Shown here in pieces: positions 63,481 to 64,000 of a stretch of DNA of 64,000 nt. The translations under genes and the position numbers were made by a program. Numbering within the stretch: position 1 is the stretch's first letter; the number at the start of each line of letters is the position of its first letter. The notes below the pieces were generated by a model. That model worked only from the letters and a program-made list of their open reading frames with translations, was not told where the DNA came from and did not search any database. The DNA is from an uncultured Planctomycetaceae bacterium (GTDB taxonomy: Bacteria > Planctomycetota > Planctomycetia > Isosphaerales > Isosphaeraceae). The DNA is taken from contig CAWIAD010000001.1 of NCBI GenBank assembly GCA_963833985.1, positions 704,001-768,000 of the forward strand, in the 5' to 3' direction.

Positions 63481-64000
63481 ATGACAAACCGTCCAGCGCG
63501 CGTGCCGAGCGTCTTTGCACTCTCCGCGCTGCTCTTGCTGGGAGCACCGATGTCCAGCCAGGCCGAGCTGCCGCCCTTGATTCCGCGTGACGTGCTATTC
63601 GGAAACCCAGAGAAGGTCAGCCCCCAGCTCTCGCCCGACGGAACGCACCTGGCGTGGATAGCGCCGGACAAGAAGAACGTGCTCCAGGTCTGGGTCCGGA
63701 CGATCGGCAAGGAGGACGACAGGACCGTCACCGCCGATCCAAAGCGCGGCATTCGCCAGTTCTTCTGGGCCGAGAACAGCAAGATGCTGATCTACCTGCA
63801 AGACAGCGACGGCGACGAGAACTTCCATCTCTTCGGCGCCGACCTGGCTTCGGGCAACGTCCGCGACCTGACGCCCTTCCAGGGAGTCCGGGCGACGCCG
63901 TCGGCGACCGACCCGAACTTTCCCGACACGATCCTGGTGTCGATGAACGTCCGCAATCGCGCCCTGTTCGACGTGTACCGGCTGGATCTCAACACCGGCG
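63481..64000 (+). CDS. S9 family peptidase (prolyl oligopeptidase/acylaminoacyl peptidase), N-terminal part
   Basis: Signal peptide; PLIPRDVLFGNP, SPDG, YLQDSDGDENFH, RDLTPF. Confidence 0.85.
   Translation, partial: MTNRPARVPSVFALSALLLLGAPMSSQAELPPLIPRDVLFGNPEKVSPQLSPDGTHLAWIAPDKKNVLQVWVRTIGKEDDRTVTADPKRGIRQFFWAENSKMLIYLQDSDGDENFHLFGADLASGNVRDLTPFQGVRATPSATDPNFPDTILVSMNVRNRALFDVYRLDLNTG

Noticed and set aside
1..64000. CRISPR array, prophage, retron/DGR or selenoprotein recoding
   Set aside because: No regularly spaced repeats, phage or reverse transcriptase genes, or in-frame TGA at catalytic positions were seen by manual reading.

Overview
GC-rich bacterial chromosome segment that looks like Planctomycetota, probably Isosphaeraceae-like. 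Signs include DUF1559, DUF1501, DUF1549/DUF1553, PVC-type CxxCH, CRTAC1/ASPIC-UnbV and LExRxLL-motif proteins. Most of it is housekeeping or lineage-typical: lysS-lolC/E-lolD-ilvE-usp-nudix, a molybdenum-cofactor cluster (xdhC, MocA-MoaD fusion, moaE, moaA), larA, menC-like, IHF/HU, lpxA, ribD, tRNA-Gln(TTG) and rex. Accessory material comprises: a ~7.7 kb block splitting moaE from moaA (GH9, a secreted multidomain protein, a structured spacer, decayed glycosyltransferase and RAYT-like transposase fragments, and a FabX/UfaA-like flavoprotein); an Rpn-family gene with a strong internal ribosome-binding site; and a complete 1511-bp IS701-family element with a CTAT duplication that interrupts a secreted protein gene. 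About a dozen genes carry single-base indels, most likely uncorrected long-read errors. No CRISPR array, rRNA or prophage is visible. I found no clearly new multi-gene system. The best leads are the MocA-MoaD fusion with a capped C-terminus, the Rpn/RpnS nested module, and the structured, decayed island inside the Moco cluster. Family assignments are from motif recognition, not database searches.
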